DNA of 64,000 nucleotides from Actinomycetes bacterium (GTDB lineage Bacteria; Actinomycetota; Coriobacteriia; Coriobacteriales; Eggerthellaceae), in assembly GCA_023460315.1 (NCBI GenBank), contig JAEWQO010000096.1, positions 8,587-72,586 on the forward strand, written 5' to 3'. This document shows, one piece after another, positions 26,717 through 35,442 of this stretch (position 1 is its first letter; every line of letters starts with the position of its first letter). The translations under genes and the position numbers were made by a program. The notes below the pieces were generated by a model, which worked only from the letters and a program-made list of their open reading frames with translations, was not told where the DNA came from and made no database searches.

Positions 26717-28225
26717 TCAGTTAATCAGTCCTTCGACCACGCGTTCGAGTCCCATGAAGCGAGATGCCTTTACCAGCACCGCATCGCCAGGCTCAACGCA
26801 CTTATCCAATTCGCCCAGCACGTCGGACAGCGATGCCGCCTGCACGATGCGCGTCGGGTCCATGCCCGCCCGTCCTGCTGCATCGGCAATGCATGAGGAC
26901 AGCTCCCCCACACAGATCAGCCGATCGATCGGCAGCGTTGCAGCCAACTGCCCAATGCCCTCATGGCAGGCCTGAGCGCAGTCGCCCAATTCCCCCATGT
27001 CACCAAGCACGGCAATATGCCGGCCTGGCACATCAAGCGCGCACAAGGTGGCAAGCGCCGCCCTCATGGAATCAGGATTTGCGTTGTAGGCGTCGTTCAC
27101 GACGGTGAATCCACCGCGGGCGGGCAGCACCTCCTGGCGTCCACTCTCAGGCTCGGCAGCCGCCAAGGCGTCAGCGATGACCGCGAGCGAGATGCCGCAT
27201 GCCCGGCCGACGGCCGCAGCCGCGCAGGCATTGGCAACGTTATGCGCGCCCCGCAGGTTGAGCGAGCAGGGGACCGCCTCCTCCTCGGCGGCGGAGGGAA
27301 GCCCCTCGCCCGTCGGGGGGGAGAATCCGGAGGCATGCAGCTCAAACCGGGGACGGCCCTGTTCGTCAAGCCCAACCCGTTCCGCCCACACCGCCGGTCG
27401 CGCCAGCTCGGACGCGTCACGCTCCTCCCGGTCCGCTGCGGCGGAGGCAGAGCCGTCGAACAGCACGGTCTCCACGCGACGGGCATCAAGGCGAGCCCGA
27501 TCGCACACGAACGAGGAAAAGTCATCGGCGGCGTTCACGAACGCGCGCCCGGTGCCTTCCGGCAGGGCGCACAGAAGTTCCGCTTTGGCGCAGGCGATGT
27601 TTTCTCTGCTGCCGAGAAGCTCGATGTGGCTCTCGCCCACATTGACCACCATGCCCCAATCGGGACGGACGAAATCGCAGAGCGAAGCTATCTGGCCGCA
27701 CCCGCGCATGCCCATCTCCACGATGACGGCCTGCGTCTCAGGTTCCGCAGAGAGGATGGTCCGGGGAACACCCAGCTCGTTGTTCTGGTTCCCCACGGTG
27801 GCGACCACGCTCAGAGAGCTCGACAGGACGTCACGCACCAGATTCTTGGTGGTGGTTTTTCCCGTTGAACCCGTCAGGGCAATGACCCGGCCTTTCAAGA
27901 AACCGCGCCACAGGCGCGCGATGTCCGTGATGGCGCCTCGCGAGTCTGGCACCTCGATGACAGCCGCTCCCAGCTCACGGGCAAGCAGACGCGTGGGTCC
28001 GTCAAGCGGTTGCATGACCACAGCCGCCAAGGCGCCCGCGCGCAGCGCCGCAGCGACATAGGCATGCCCGTCAACCCGCTCTCCCGGCAGGGCAACGTAC
28101 ACATCGCCCCGTTTGACCTCGCGGGAATCCCAGGTGAGGCCCGTGGCAATCGCCCGTGCATCAACGGGATCGACCATGAGGTCGCCACCCGTGCAAGCGG
28201 CTATCTGCTTGATGTTCAGGCGCAT
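26717..28225 (-). CDS. murF: UDP-MurNAc-tripeptide--D-Ala-D-Ala ligase MurF
   Basis: ORF 26717..28225(-), 502 aa. LTGSTGKTTTKN P-loop, DAYNANPDSM. An insertion of about 45 aa (Ala/Glu/Arg-rich) lies in the central domain. Confidence 0.9.
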   Translation of the reverse strand: MRLNIKQIAACTGGDLMVDPVDARAIATGLTWDSREVKRGDVYVALPGERVDGHAYVAAALRAGALAAVVMQPLDGPTRLLARELGAAVIEVPDSRGAITDIARLWRGFLKGRVIALTGSTGKTTTKNLVRDVLSSSLSVVATVGNQNNELGVPRTILSAEPETQAVIVEMGMRGCGQIASLCDFVRPDWGMVVNVGESHIELLGSRENIACAKAELLCALPEGTGRAFVNAADDFSSFVCDRARLDARRVETVLFDGSASAAADREERDASELARPAVWAERVGLDEQGRPRFELHASGFSPPTGEGLPSAAEEEAVPCSLNLRGAHNVANACAAAAVGRACGISLAVIADALAAAEPESGRQEVLPARGGFTVVNDAYNANPDSMRAALATLCALDVPGRHIAVLGDMGELGDCAQACHEGIGQLAATLPIDRLICVGELSSCIADAAGRAGMDPTRIVQAASLSDVLGELDKCVEPGDAVLVKASRFMGLERVVEGLIN

Positions 28226-29731
28226 CTAGGCTTCGCCGCCCGGACAGGCGGTGCCGGCAAAGCGCTTCTCAAGCTCCTCTGCCGCCACGACGCGATCGTC
28301 AAACGAACGGACCTCGTCGCCGACAAGCTGATAGTCCTCATGGCCCTTGCCCGCGATGAGAACCGAGTCTCCCGCCCCGGCCCGCGCGAGCGCATGGGCG
28401 ATGGCCTGACGCCGGTCGGCCTCAACTTCAAACCGTCCCTCGCCCGACCCCATCCCCGAAACGATGTCGTCGATGATGGCGAGCGGATCCTCGTGGCGGG
28501 GATTGTCCGACGTCACGATGGCATAGTCGGCAGCAAGTGCCGCCTTGCCCATGATGGAGCGCTTCGACGCGTCTCGGTCGCCTCCGCATCCGAACACGCA
28601 TATCGTCGAGCCAGGCGTGATGGCCATGATCGATGAGAGCGCCTTCTCCAGAGCGTCAGGCGTGTGTGCGTAGTCCACGAACACCGACACGCCGCCATCC
28701 GACGCAACGTTCACCCGCTCCAACCGCCCCGGAATTTGCGGGGCCTCTTCCAACGCCTGCACAATGACGTCGGTCGCATAGCCAAGCTGCAGGCCAATGC
28801 CAAACGCGCACATGACGTTTTCCACATTGAATCTGCCGACGAGCGGATAGTCGAAACGGCACCGGGCGCCACGCACGTCCAGCTCGACAGTCGTGTGGGT
28901 GGGTGCGTACGACACGTCGAGAGGGCGGATCTGAGCAGAAGGATCGAAGCCCGTGGTCACGACATTGTCGCCCGCCGACGAGCAGCGGCGAAGCAGCTCC
29001 TTGCCCCATTTGTCATCGATGCAGATGACGCGCCTGCCAGGATAGTCAGAAGAGAACAGGCGCGCCTTCGCTTCAAAATACGCCTCAAAGGTATGATGGT
29101 AGTCCAGATGATCCTGCGTGAGGTTCGAAAACGCCGTCACCGAAAACGCTGTGCCCCAGGTGCGCTCCAGGTCAAGCGCGTGGGAGCTGACCTCCATGGC
29201 AACGACTTCGCAGTGTTCGTCACGCATGAGAGCAAACATTCGCTGCAGGTCAGGCGACTCGGGCGTCGTGCGTGCCGACTTTTCCTGCATATCGCCCACC
29301 CGAATTCCCACCGTGCCGATCACCCCGGTACGCTTGCCCGCAACCCGGGCGATATGTTCCACCAGATAGGTGGTCGTGGTCTTGCCGTTCGTGCCCGTGA
29401 TGCCCACGAGCGAGAGGTCCGTGGAAGGATGTCCATAGAAGTTTGCAGCGGCAGAAGCCATGGCCTTGCGCGTGTCCTTCACCACGACCTCGGTCACGTC
29501 GGTCGCGTCGGCAAGGTACACCTTGCGTTCCACCACCAGCACCTTCGCGCCATGGTCAAGGGCATCCTGAGCGAACGAATGGCCATCCGTCGTGAGGCCG
29601 ACAATGCAGAAGAATGCGTCGCCTGGCTGAACGCGGTCACTGCGGTAGGCGATGCCGCCCACCTCTTCATCGGCATTGCCGATAATGGTGCAGTCTATTC
29701 CCGCGAACAGGTCGGTGCAGGTCTTCCCCAT
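28226..29731 (-). CDS. murE: UDP-MurNAc-L-Ala-D-Glu--2,6-diaminopimelate ligase MurE
   Basis: ORF 28226..29731(-), 501 aa. ITGTNGKTTTTY P-loop. The DNPR motif (VTSDNPRHEDP) is the signature associated with meso-DAP-adding MurE enzymes. Confidence 0.92.
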   Translation of the reverse strand: MGKTCTDLFAGIDCTIIGNADEEVGGIAYRSDRVQPGDAFFCIVGLTTDGHSFAQDALDHGAKVLVVERKVYLADATDVTEVVVKDTRKAMASAAANFYGHPSTDLSLVGITGTNGKTTTTYLVEHIARVAGKRTGVIGTVGIRVGDMQEKSARTTPESPDLQRMFALMRDEHCEVVAMEVSSHALDLERTWGTAFSVTAFSNLTQDHLDYHHTFEAYFEAKARLFSSDYPGRRVICIDDKWGKELLRRCSSAGDNVVTTGFDPSAQIRPLDVSYAPTHTTVELDVRGARCRFDYPLVGRFNVENVMCAFGIGLQLGYATDVIVQALEEAPQIPGRLERVNVASDGGVSVFVDYAHTPDALEKALSSIMAITPGSTICVFGCGGDRDASKRSIMGKAALAADYAIVTSDNPRHEDPLAIIDDIVSGMGSGEGRFEVEADRRQAIAHALARAGAGDSVLIAGKGHEDYQLVGDEVRSFDDRVVAAEELEKRFAGTACPGGEA

Positions 29732-29740
29732 AGCGTGTCC

Positions 29741-31552
29741 TCACTCAGATGTGATCTTGAAACGGTCGATGGCTGTTGACATTATATCCTTAAATATGGG
29801 GGTGACCACACCGTCGCCGGGAACCTCGTTAGCACCCACAAAACAAACCAATTGGCTTGACGAATCCGCGAGGAAACCCGTGAAGCACAGATTGTACACA
29901 CCCTTTCGGTATCCGCCGTTTTCCTCATCATAGATTTCAGCCGTGCTGGTTTTGCCCGCGACCGAGAAGCCGTCGATGGCAGCCGCCTTGCCGGTTCCTT
30001 CGGTGACGACCGTCTTCAGCATGCTGGTGACGCCAGCAATGGCCTCCTTGTTGTCGACGACGTCCTCCGTGTCGTATTCGGCCACCTGGCCACTTTGAGG
30101 CTCGCTGATCAAGAAATGGGGAACGCATTCCACGCCGTCGTTCACCAACGCCCCATAGAAGCGTGTCATCTGCAGCGGCGTGACCGAGATGCCCTGGCCG
30201 AAGGTCACGTTGTAGGCGCCGACCTTGCTGAGCTCGGCAAAGGGCGTCATGTAGCCGAGAATATCGGTGCCGGACTCGCCTTCGCCAGGATAGTCCACGC
30301 CAGTCTTTGTGTGCAGGTTGTACTCCAGTATCTTGTTATAGAGATTTTGGAATCCCGACACATCTCCCACGGTGGCGTTTTCGGTTGCGAGCGATATGCC
30401 GATGTTGGACGATTGGTCGAGGATCTGACGCAGCGTGTACGTCGCGTCGCCGCGCTCATGCGCATCGGATATGGTGTAGCCGTCGGCCGTGATCGTCGCA
30501 GGGCAGAACAGCTCGGTGTCGGGCGTCATGGTGCCGGCTTCCAGGATGGACATGGCGGACACCGTCTTGAAGATCGATCCCGGCTCGAACAGATCCGTGA
30601 CAGCCTTGAGCTCGGTTGCCCCCGCCTCTATGTTGTCACGGTCATTGGGGTTGAGCAGCGGCAGGGATGCCGCGGCGTATATCTCGCCCGTCCCGCCGTC
30701 CATGACGACCGCCGTCCCCCCGGTCGCGTTCAGGCCCTTGACGCCCTCCTGCAGGCGGGTCTCGAGATACTGCTGCAGCTCAATGTCGACGGAAACGATG
30801 ATGTCTTGTCCGTCGACGGCAGCCTGCTCCTCGTGCACCCCGCCGGGAATGGGCGTGCCATCCCGTCCCCGCTCGGCCTCGTAGCGTCCCGCCTGTCCGC
30901 TCAGTATGTCGTTATAATACGCCTCAAGCCCGGAAAGGCCGTTTCCATCCACGTCGGTAAGTCCGATGATCTGTGCGCCTACCTGGCCATTGGGATAGAC
31001 GCGCTTCGTGTCGGAGATGAAATAGATGCCGTCCAAGCCGAGTTCCTTCACCTTTTCGGCAACGTCGACGTCCGCCTTGCGTTTGACGAAGGCAAACGAG
31101 GTGTCCGACGACTCGAGGGCGCTCTCATAGTCCTCCGCGCTGCCGCCGAGCACGTCAGCCAGCTTGAGCGCTGTGCCGTGGGCATCCTCGATCTCAGAGG
31201 GATTCGCGTAGATGGTGGTCGCGTCGACGCTGGTGGCGAGCACCGTGCCGTTGCGGTCGTAGATGGTGCCGCGCCGCGGCTCGATGTCGAACCCCACCGT
31301 GCGCGCCTCCTGCGCTTGGGCAGAATAGTCCGGAGCGACGATGACCTGCAAGTATATCAGGCGACCGAGAAACAGGAGCGCTATGGCTGCGAATATGAGA
31401 AGGGGAACGAACGCACGGTTGGAATCGAGGGCCTCTCCCAAGGAAGATCGCGAGACGCCCAGCACGGAGGCTGGGCGGCGATTGTCGCGCGAAGACGTGC
31501 GGGCGCTGCGTGTTCGGCGCCCGTCCCGTGGCGCAGGGGACCGATCCGCCAC
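29741..31552 (-). CDS. ftsI: Class B penicillin-binding protein (FtsI-type transpeptidase)
   Basis: ORF 29741..31552(-), 603 aa. N-terminal TM anchor, PBP dimerisation domain, then transpeptidase motifs S-I-F-K (GSIFKTVS), S-S-N (DQSSNIG) and K-T-S (AGKTSTAE). Confidence 0.9.
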   Translation of the reverse strand: MADRSPAPRDGRRTRSARTSSRDNRRPASVLGVSRSSLGEALDSNRAFVPLLIFAAIALLFLGRLIYLQVIVAPDYSAQAQEARTVGFDIEPRRGTIYDRNGTVLATSVDATTIYANPSEIEDAHGTALKLADVLGGSAEDYESALESSDTSFAFVKRKADVDVAEKVKELGLDGIYFISDTKRVYPNGQVGAQIIGLTDVDGNGLSGLEAYYNDILSGQAGRYEAERGRDGTPIPGGVHEEQAAVDGQDIIVSVDIELQQYLETRLQEGVKGLNATGGTAVVMDGGTGEIYAAASLPLLNPNDRDNIEAGATELKAVTDLFEPGSIFKTVSAMSILEAGTMTPDTELFCPATITADGYTISDAHERGDATYTLRQILDQSSNIGISLATENATVGDVSGFQNLYNKILEYNLHTKTGVDYPGEGESGTDILGYMTPFAELSKVGAYNVTFGQGISVTPLQMTRFYGALVNDGVECVPHFLISEPQSGQVAEYDTEDVVDNKEAIAGVTSMLKTVVTEGTGKAAAIDGFSVAGKTSTAEIYDEENGGYRKGVYNLCFTGFLADSSSQLVCFVGANEVPGDGVVTPIFKDIMSTAIDRFKITSE

Positions 31553-31554
31553 GC

Positions 31555-32022
31555 TTACGCTCCAGCGCTTGCTGCGTTTGCGACGCTCTTCGACAACGAC
31601 AGGCTGCCATCGTCATTGGTCGCAACGACGTCTTGATCGAGATCGATCGTCGCCACCGATTCGGGGGCGGTCATCTTCAGGCCGCTCGCCTCGGCCTTGA
31701 CGCGCGTCGGATTCGACAGGAGGGTCTGCGTGACCTCCAAATCGCTGCCGGCGGAGCGGGCTGAATCAATGCTGCTCGAGAGGGTTTGAGACTCGATCGA
31801 CGCCGAAACGGCAGCCGACATCAAGGCGACGCGGGCGATGGCGACAAGGGTCACCACCACAAGCACGACAGCCGCAACCTTCGCGACAGAGATGACGCTC
31901 GAAGGCAAGGCTGACGGAGCGGTGCGCGTGCCTTGCCCCGGGACGACGCGAACATGCGGTCTCGGTGCGCGTTCGGGAACGCGCTTGGGATACGGATAGG
32001 AATATGCAGGCATCGCGCCCAT
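31555..32022 (-). CDS. ftsL: FtsL-like bitopic division protein (positional call)
   Basis: ORF 31555..32028(-). The first codon is TTG; ATG 32022 follows AAGGGGG by 8 nt. It has a single TM (VAKVAAVVLVVVTLVAIARVALM) followed by a short periplasmic segment. It occupies the ftsL slot between rsmH and ftsI. No sequence-level family signature could be verified by eye. Confidence 0.55.
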   Translation of the reverse strand: MGAMPAYSYPYPKRVPERAPRPHVRVVPGQGTRTAPSALPSSVISVAKVAAVVLVVVTLVAIARVALMSAAVSASIESQTLSSSIDSARSAGSDLEVTQTLLSNPTRVKAEASGLKMTAPESVATIDLDQDVVATNDDGSLSLSKSVANAASAGA

Positions 32023-32126
32023 GTCCAACCCCCTTTCTTCATTTCATCTTCGTGTGGCGGTTGCACCATCGGTATATTTCTTTTGCACGGCAGCCTCGCC
32101 GAAACGGGCCGCCAGGAACAGCATGG

Positions 32127-33101
32127 TCAGCGTTTCTCCGCGACGCGCAGCTTCGCGCTGCGGGCCCGGGGATTGCGTTGCACTTCTTCCGGAGTCGGGA
32201 TCACCGGCTTCCGCGTGACAATGTCGACGATCGGCTTTCTACCACAGGCGCACACAGGCAGGTCGGGCGGACAGACGCATCGATCCGCATATGACGAGAA
32301 CAGGTCTTTCACAATGCGGTCCTCCAGCGAGTGATAGCTCATCACCACCAGTCGCCCACCCGGGTTGAGCCACCTGACAGCGGCGTCAAGCCCGCGCTTG
32401 AGCGCATCCAGCTCGCCGTTCACCTCAATGCGAAGAGCTTGGAACGTCCGTTTGGCCGGATGCCCCCCAGCCCGCCGCGCCGAAGCGGGAATGGCTGCTT
32501 TGATGACGTCGACCAACTGTTCGCTCGTTTCGATCGGAGCTTCGGAACGGGCCCTCACGATGAATTCCGCGATACGGCTCGCCCACTTCTCGTCTGAGTA
32601 GGCACGGATGATCCGAGTGAGATCTGCTGCGTTGTAAGTGTTGACGATCTCTGCTGCGTTCAAGGTCTGTTTGCCCGGATCCATCCGCATATCAAGAGGG
32701 CCATTCTCCTTGAAGGAGAAGCCTCGAGACGGCGTGTCAATCTGCGCCGAAGAAACTCCCAGGTCGAAAAGAACCGCATCGACCCCAGGAACCTCCACGC
32801 CGAGAAGCGCCTGATCCATGCCTTCGAAGTTGCTGCGCACAAGCTCGATGCGGGGACGGATGTCATCGGGTAGCGCATCGAGCTTGCGACGGGCGGCGGC
32901 AAGCGCCATCTCGTCCTGATCGATGCCGATGAGCGTGCCCTCGCGCCCAAGCCGCTTGGCCGCTTCGAAGGAATGCCCTGCACCGCCGAGTGTTGCGTCC
33001 ACGAACGTTTGCCGCGTTTCAAGTTTGAGATATTCGAGGCACTCGGCGAGCATGACCGGTATATGCCGATATTCGTTTGTCACTGTGCTCACGCCTTCCA
33101 A
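32127..33101 (-). CDS. rsmH: 16S rRNA (cytosine1402-N4)-methyltransferase RsmH (MraW)
   Basis: ORF 32127..33101(-), 324 aa. HIPVML, DATLGGAGHS, DLGVSSAQID, SYHSLEDRIVK. Confidence 0.95.
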   Translation of the reverse strand: MEGVSTVTNEYRHIPVMLAECLEYLKLETRQTFVDATLGGAGHSFEAAKRLGREGTLIGIDQDEMALAAARRKLDALPDDIRPRIELVRSNFEGMDQALLGVEVPGVDAVLFDLGVSSAQIDTPSRGFSFKENGPLDMRMDPGKQTLNAAEIVNTYNAADLTRIIRAYSDEKWASRIAEFIVRARSEAPIETSEQLVDVIKAAIPASARRAGGHPAKRTFQALRIEVNGELDALKRGLDAAVRWLNPGGRLVVMSYHSLEDRIVKDLFSSYADRCVCPPDLPVCACGRKPIVDIVTRKPVIPTPEEVQRNPRARSAKLRVAEKR

Positions 33102-33548
33102 TCAGCCGAACAGCAAGCTCAGATCGATCTCGCCGTCTTCCTGATCGTAACGCTTTGCGTCCCAGACTTCGAAGTACCCCGTGTTGCCGACGACGACGAC
33201 GTCTTTCCCAATGTCCGCAGCATCGCGCTGGTCGGCGCTGAGCATGATGCGCCCCGCACCGTCCACCTCGACCGCTTTCGCCCGCGATTTGAGCTTGCGG
33301 CGAAGACGGACATGAAGGTCATTCGAAGAGTCGTACTTGCCGAACTTGTCTTCGAACGCCTTGGCTACCCATTTGTTGAATTCGGGAGCCTCGAACACGT
33401 ACAGGCATTCGTCCTTCGGATTCGGAGTAACAACGAGATCTGTTGAAAGCACTTTGCGAAACGCTGCAGGCAGGGACACGCGGCCTTTGACATCGACTTT
33501 GTGGCGGAATTCTCCGTTGAGATCCACGATGTCGACTTCTTCGGCCAT
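33102..33548 (-). CDS. mraZ: Transcriptional regulator MraZ
   Basis: ORF 33102..33593(-), with the start at ATG 33548 (MAEEVDIVDLNGEFRHKVDVKGRVSLPAAFRKVL) after GGAAGGGAAAGC. It has two SpoVT/AbrB-like halves, each with the DxKGR(V/I)xLP-type motif (VDVKGRVSLP; VDGAGRIMLS). Confidence 0.9.
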   Translation of the reverse strand: MAEEVDIVDLNGEFRHKVDVKGRVSLPAAFRKVLSTDLVVTPNPKDECLYVFEAPEFNKWVAKAFEDKFGKYDSSNDLHVRLRRKLKSRAKAVEVDGAGRIMLSADQRDAADIGKDVVVVGNTGYFEVWDAKRYDQEDGEIDLSLLFG

Positions 33549-33591
33549 GCTTTCCCTTCCACATCGTTCGCTCGTCCTTCCAATGTCCGAC

Positions 33592-33654
33592 ATTCTATCC
33601 CACTAGGCCCCACTTCGCAACATTTTTGCCCAATTTTGCCCCATTTTTGCCATG
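33592..33654 (-). promoter_or_regulatory. Candidate dcw promoter (-10 TAGAAT) overlapped by a 10-bp-phased array of (G/T)TGGG boxes = predicted MraZ operator
   Basis: Minus strand: CATGGCAAAA ATGGGGCAAA ATTGGGCAAA AATGTTGCGA AGTGGGGCCT AGTGGGATAGAAT. The TGGGN-type boxes are at 33598, 33608, 33628, 33638 and (weaker) 33648, exactly 10 bp apart. The last box abuts TAGAAT (33592-33597), 44 nt upstream of the mraZ ATG. E. coli MraZ is known to bind TGGGN direct repeats with 10-bp periodicity at Pmra. Confidence 0.5.
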
Positions 33655-33865
33655 CTGAAACCACCCGTTCAACCTCTGGTAACTCTGCGTCCTCTGAGCG
33701 GTCGCATCCCTGGTACCACATGATGATTTTCGTCCCCAAGTGCGTACAAGATATAGACCGCGAAAACGGCGTGGGGCGAAGTGGGGACACTTATGCGGAA
33801 TATGTGACCATTCCCCCTCTGCCCCATCGGGCGCCGCCGCCAGATTGCGGTCAGGCCGCGCAAGC

Positions 33866-33900
33866 GGGACGGGACGGGACGGGACGGGACGGGACGGGAC
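33866..33900 (+). repeat. Perfect pentanucleotide microsatellite (GGGAC)x7
   Basis: Direct read: caagcGGGACGGGACGGGACGGGACGGGACGGGACGGGACggacaaac. There are seven G3 tracts at 5-nt spacing, 318 bp upstream of the mraZ ATG in the xerD-mraZ gap. Confidence 0.97.
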
Positions 33901-34162
33901 GGACAAACGACGGCGATCATGAGCCCGAGGATCACGGAGGAATCTGGTTTGGTTTGGATCGACCCGATCGGTTGCGATCGAGAGATAGGGGCAGCTTTTC
34001 GGCAGCCAACCTGTGGCACCAGAGGAAAAGACCAGGTCACAAATTATGCGACGAACTTTCCTCCCGAGAAAATTGCCCATAAAGGGCGATCTCTACCAAT
34101 CCGGCGGGAAAGCGATGTCGCAGGACAGGAAGGTGACCCAGCGGGCAGAAAGGCCATACCGT

Positions 34163-34186
34163 AGAGTTGTGCCCCAGAGTTGTGCC
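34163..34186 (+). repeat. 11-bp direct repeat AGAGTTGTGCC x2 (13-bp period)
   Basis: gtAGAGTTGTGCCccAGAGTTGTGCCacag, with copies at 34163-34173 and 34176-34186. It is intergenic, about 220 bp downstream of the xerD stop. Confidence 0.85.
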
Positions 34187-34404
34187 ACAGGGCGGAGCCT
34201 CGCCCCATCTTCGGAAGAAGTCGAACACAAGCCAGGCACAGTCCGATAGGCGCTGGCCAAAGCAGGGCCATCCACAGGACCCCTTTTGGGCATGCGAGAA
34301 ACTCGCAGACAAGCCGACATCAATCACGCTCTTCGTCTTCACCCGAGACTCATGGGCGAGCGCCAGCGCTCACTTGGACACGAGCGGGGTCTCGTGCGTT
34401 CCTT

Positions 34405-35433
34405 CTATGCGCGCGGGTGCGCGCTGAGATATTCCTCGCGAATATGGGAGCGGTCGACATGGGTGTAGACCTGCGTGGTGGAAATGTCGGAATGCCCCAG
34501 TATCTCTTGGATCACGCGAAGGTCGGCGCCGCCCTCAAGCATATGCGTGGCAAACGAATGGCGGAGCGTGTGGGGATGAAGGTTGCCAATGCCGATGGTC
34601 AGCCCCGCCTCGGCAACAAGGGCATGGATGCTCTGGCGCGTGAGCCGTCCGCCGCGGGCGTTGAGAAACACGGCAGACGTCCTCTTGGCATACGGCCTCA
34701 GCAATTCGGACCGTGTGCCTTCAAGATAATCGCCAAGAGCATGAAGGGCTGTGCCCGAAATGGGAGCGATGCGCTCTTTTCCCCCTTTGCCCACGATGCG
34801 CAGATACCCTTCATCAAGCAGGCAATCTCCCAGGTCGAGGCCGGAGCACTCGCTGACGCGCAATCCGCATCCATACAGCACCTCCAATATCGCATGGTCG
34901 CGCAGCGCGCGAGGCTGACGATCTTCTGGCTCGGCCAGCAGGGCATCCATCTGAGCGATGGACAACACATCGGGCAGCCGTTCGGGAGGTTTGGGAAGCT
35001 GCACGGTATCGGCGGGATTGTGCCGCGCCTGGCCTTCGCGCACGAGAAACCGATGGAAGCTCTTGATCGCGGAAACATGTCGGTCGATGCTCGATGTTGC
35101 ATAGCCACGTTCAACCAGGTCAGCCTCGTAGCCAATGATCACCGCACGATCGATGTCAGCCACGTCTGCCCTCTTCTGCCTCTCAAGAAACGAAAGATAG
35201 TCCTTGAGGTCCGCCGCATAGGCCGAAATCGTCAAGGGAGAGCTTCCCCGCTCGATGCGCAAAAAGGACAGATAGTCAGCAACGAGGGAGACGATGTCTC
35301 CCGAAGGACGGGCCGCATCGTCTCCAAGATCGGACTGCCCGCAAAGAAACGCGTCCCCTCTCGCGGAAGACGGTCTCCCCTTGCCCGCAGCATCGGCACG
35401 GGAAGACCGTTGGGCATCATCCGGCATGGGCAA
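34405..35433 (-). CDS. xerD: Tyrosine site-specific recombinase XerD (XerC/D family)
   Basis: ORF 34405..35433(-), 342 aa. SAM-like N-domain (YLSFLRIERGSSPLTISAYAADLKDYLSFL). Catalytic residues sit in the ARG...HTLRHSFATHMLEGGADLRVIQEILGHSDISTTQVYTHV context (R-H-R-H-Y). The pyrG-xerD neighbourhood is typical of actinobacterial xerD; XerC versus XerD cannot be settled by eye. Confidence 0.85.
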   Translation of the reverse strand: MPMPDDAQRSSRADAAGKGRPSSARGDAFLCGQSDLGDDAARPSGDIVSLVADYLSFLRIERGSSPLTISAYAADLKDYLSFLERQKRADVADIDRAVIIGYEADLVERGYATSSIDRHVSAIKSFHRFLVREGQARHNPADTVQLPKPPERLPDVLSIAQMDALLAEPEDRQPRALRDHAILEVLYGCGLRVSECSGLDLGDCLLDEGYLRIVGKGGKERIAPISGTALHALGDYLEGTRSELLRPYAKRTSAVFLNARGGRLTRQSIHALVAEAGLTIGIGNLHPHTLRHSFATHMLEGGADLRVIQEILGHSDISTTQVYTHVDRSHIREEYLSAHPRA

Positions 35434-35442
35434 CGCGCCGGA

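Noticed and set aside
34031-34054. A dif-like sequence near xerD; on the minus strand, TCGTCGCATAATTTGTGACCTGGT shares CGCATAA with the XerC arm of dif.
   Set aside because: Only the left half matches. There is no TTATG(T/A)TAA-type XerD arm and no dyad symmetry around a 6-bp spacer. dif is expected at the terminus, not next to xerD.
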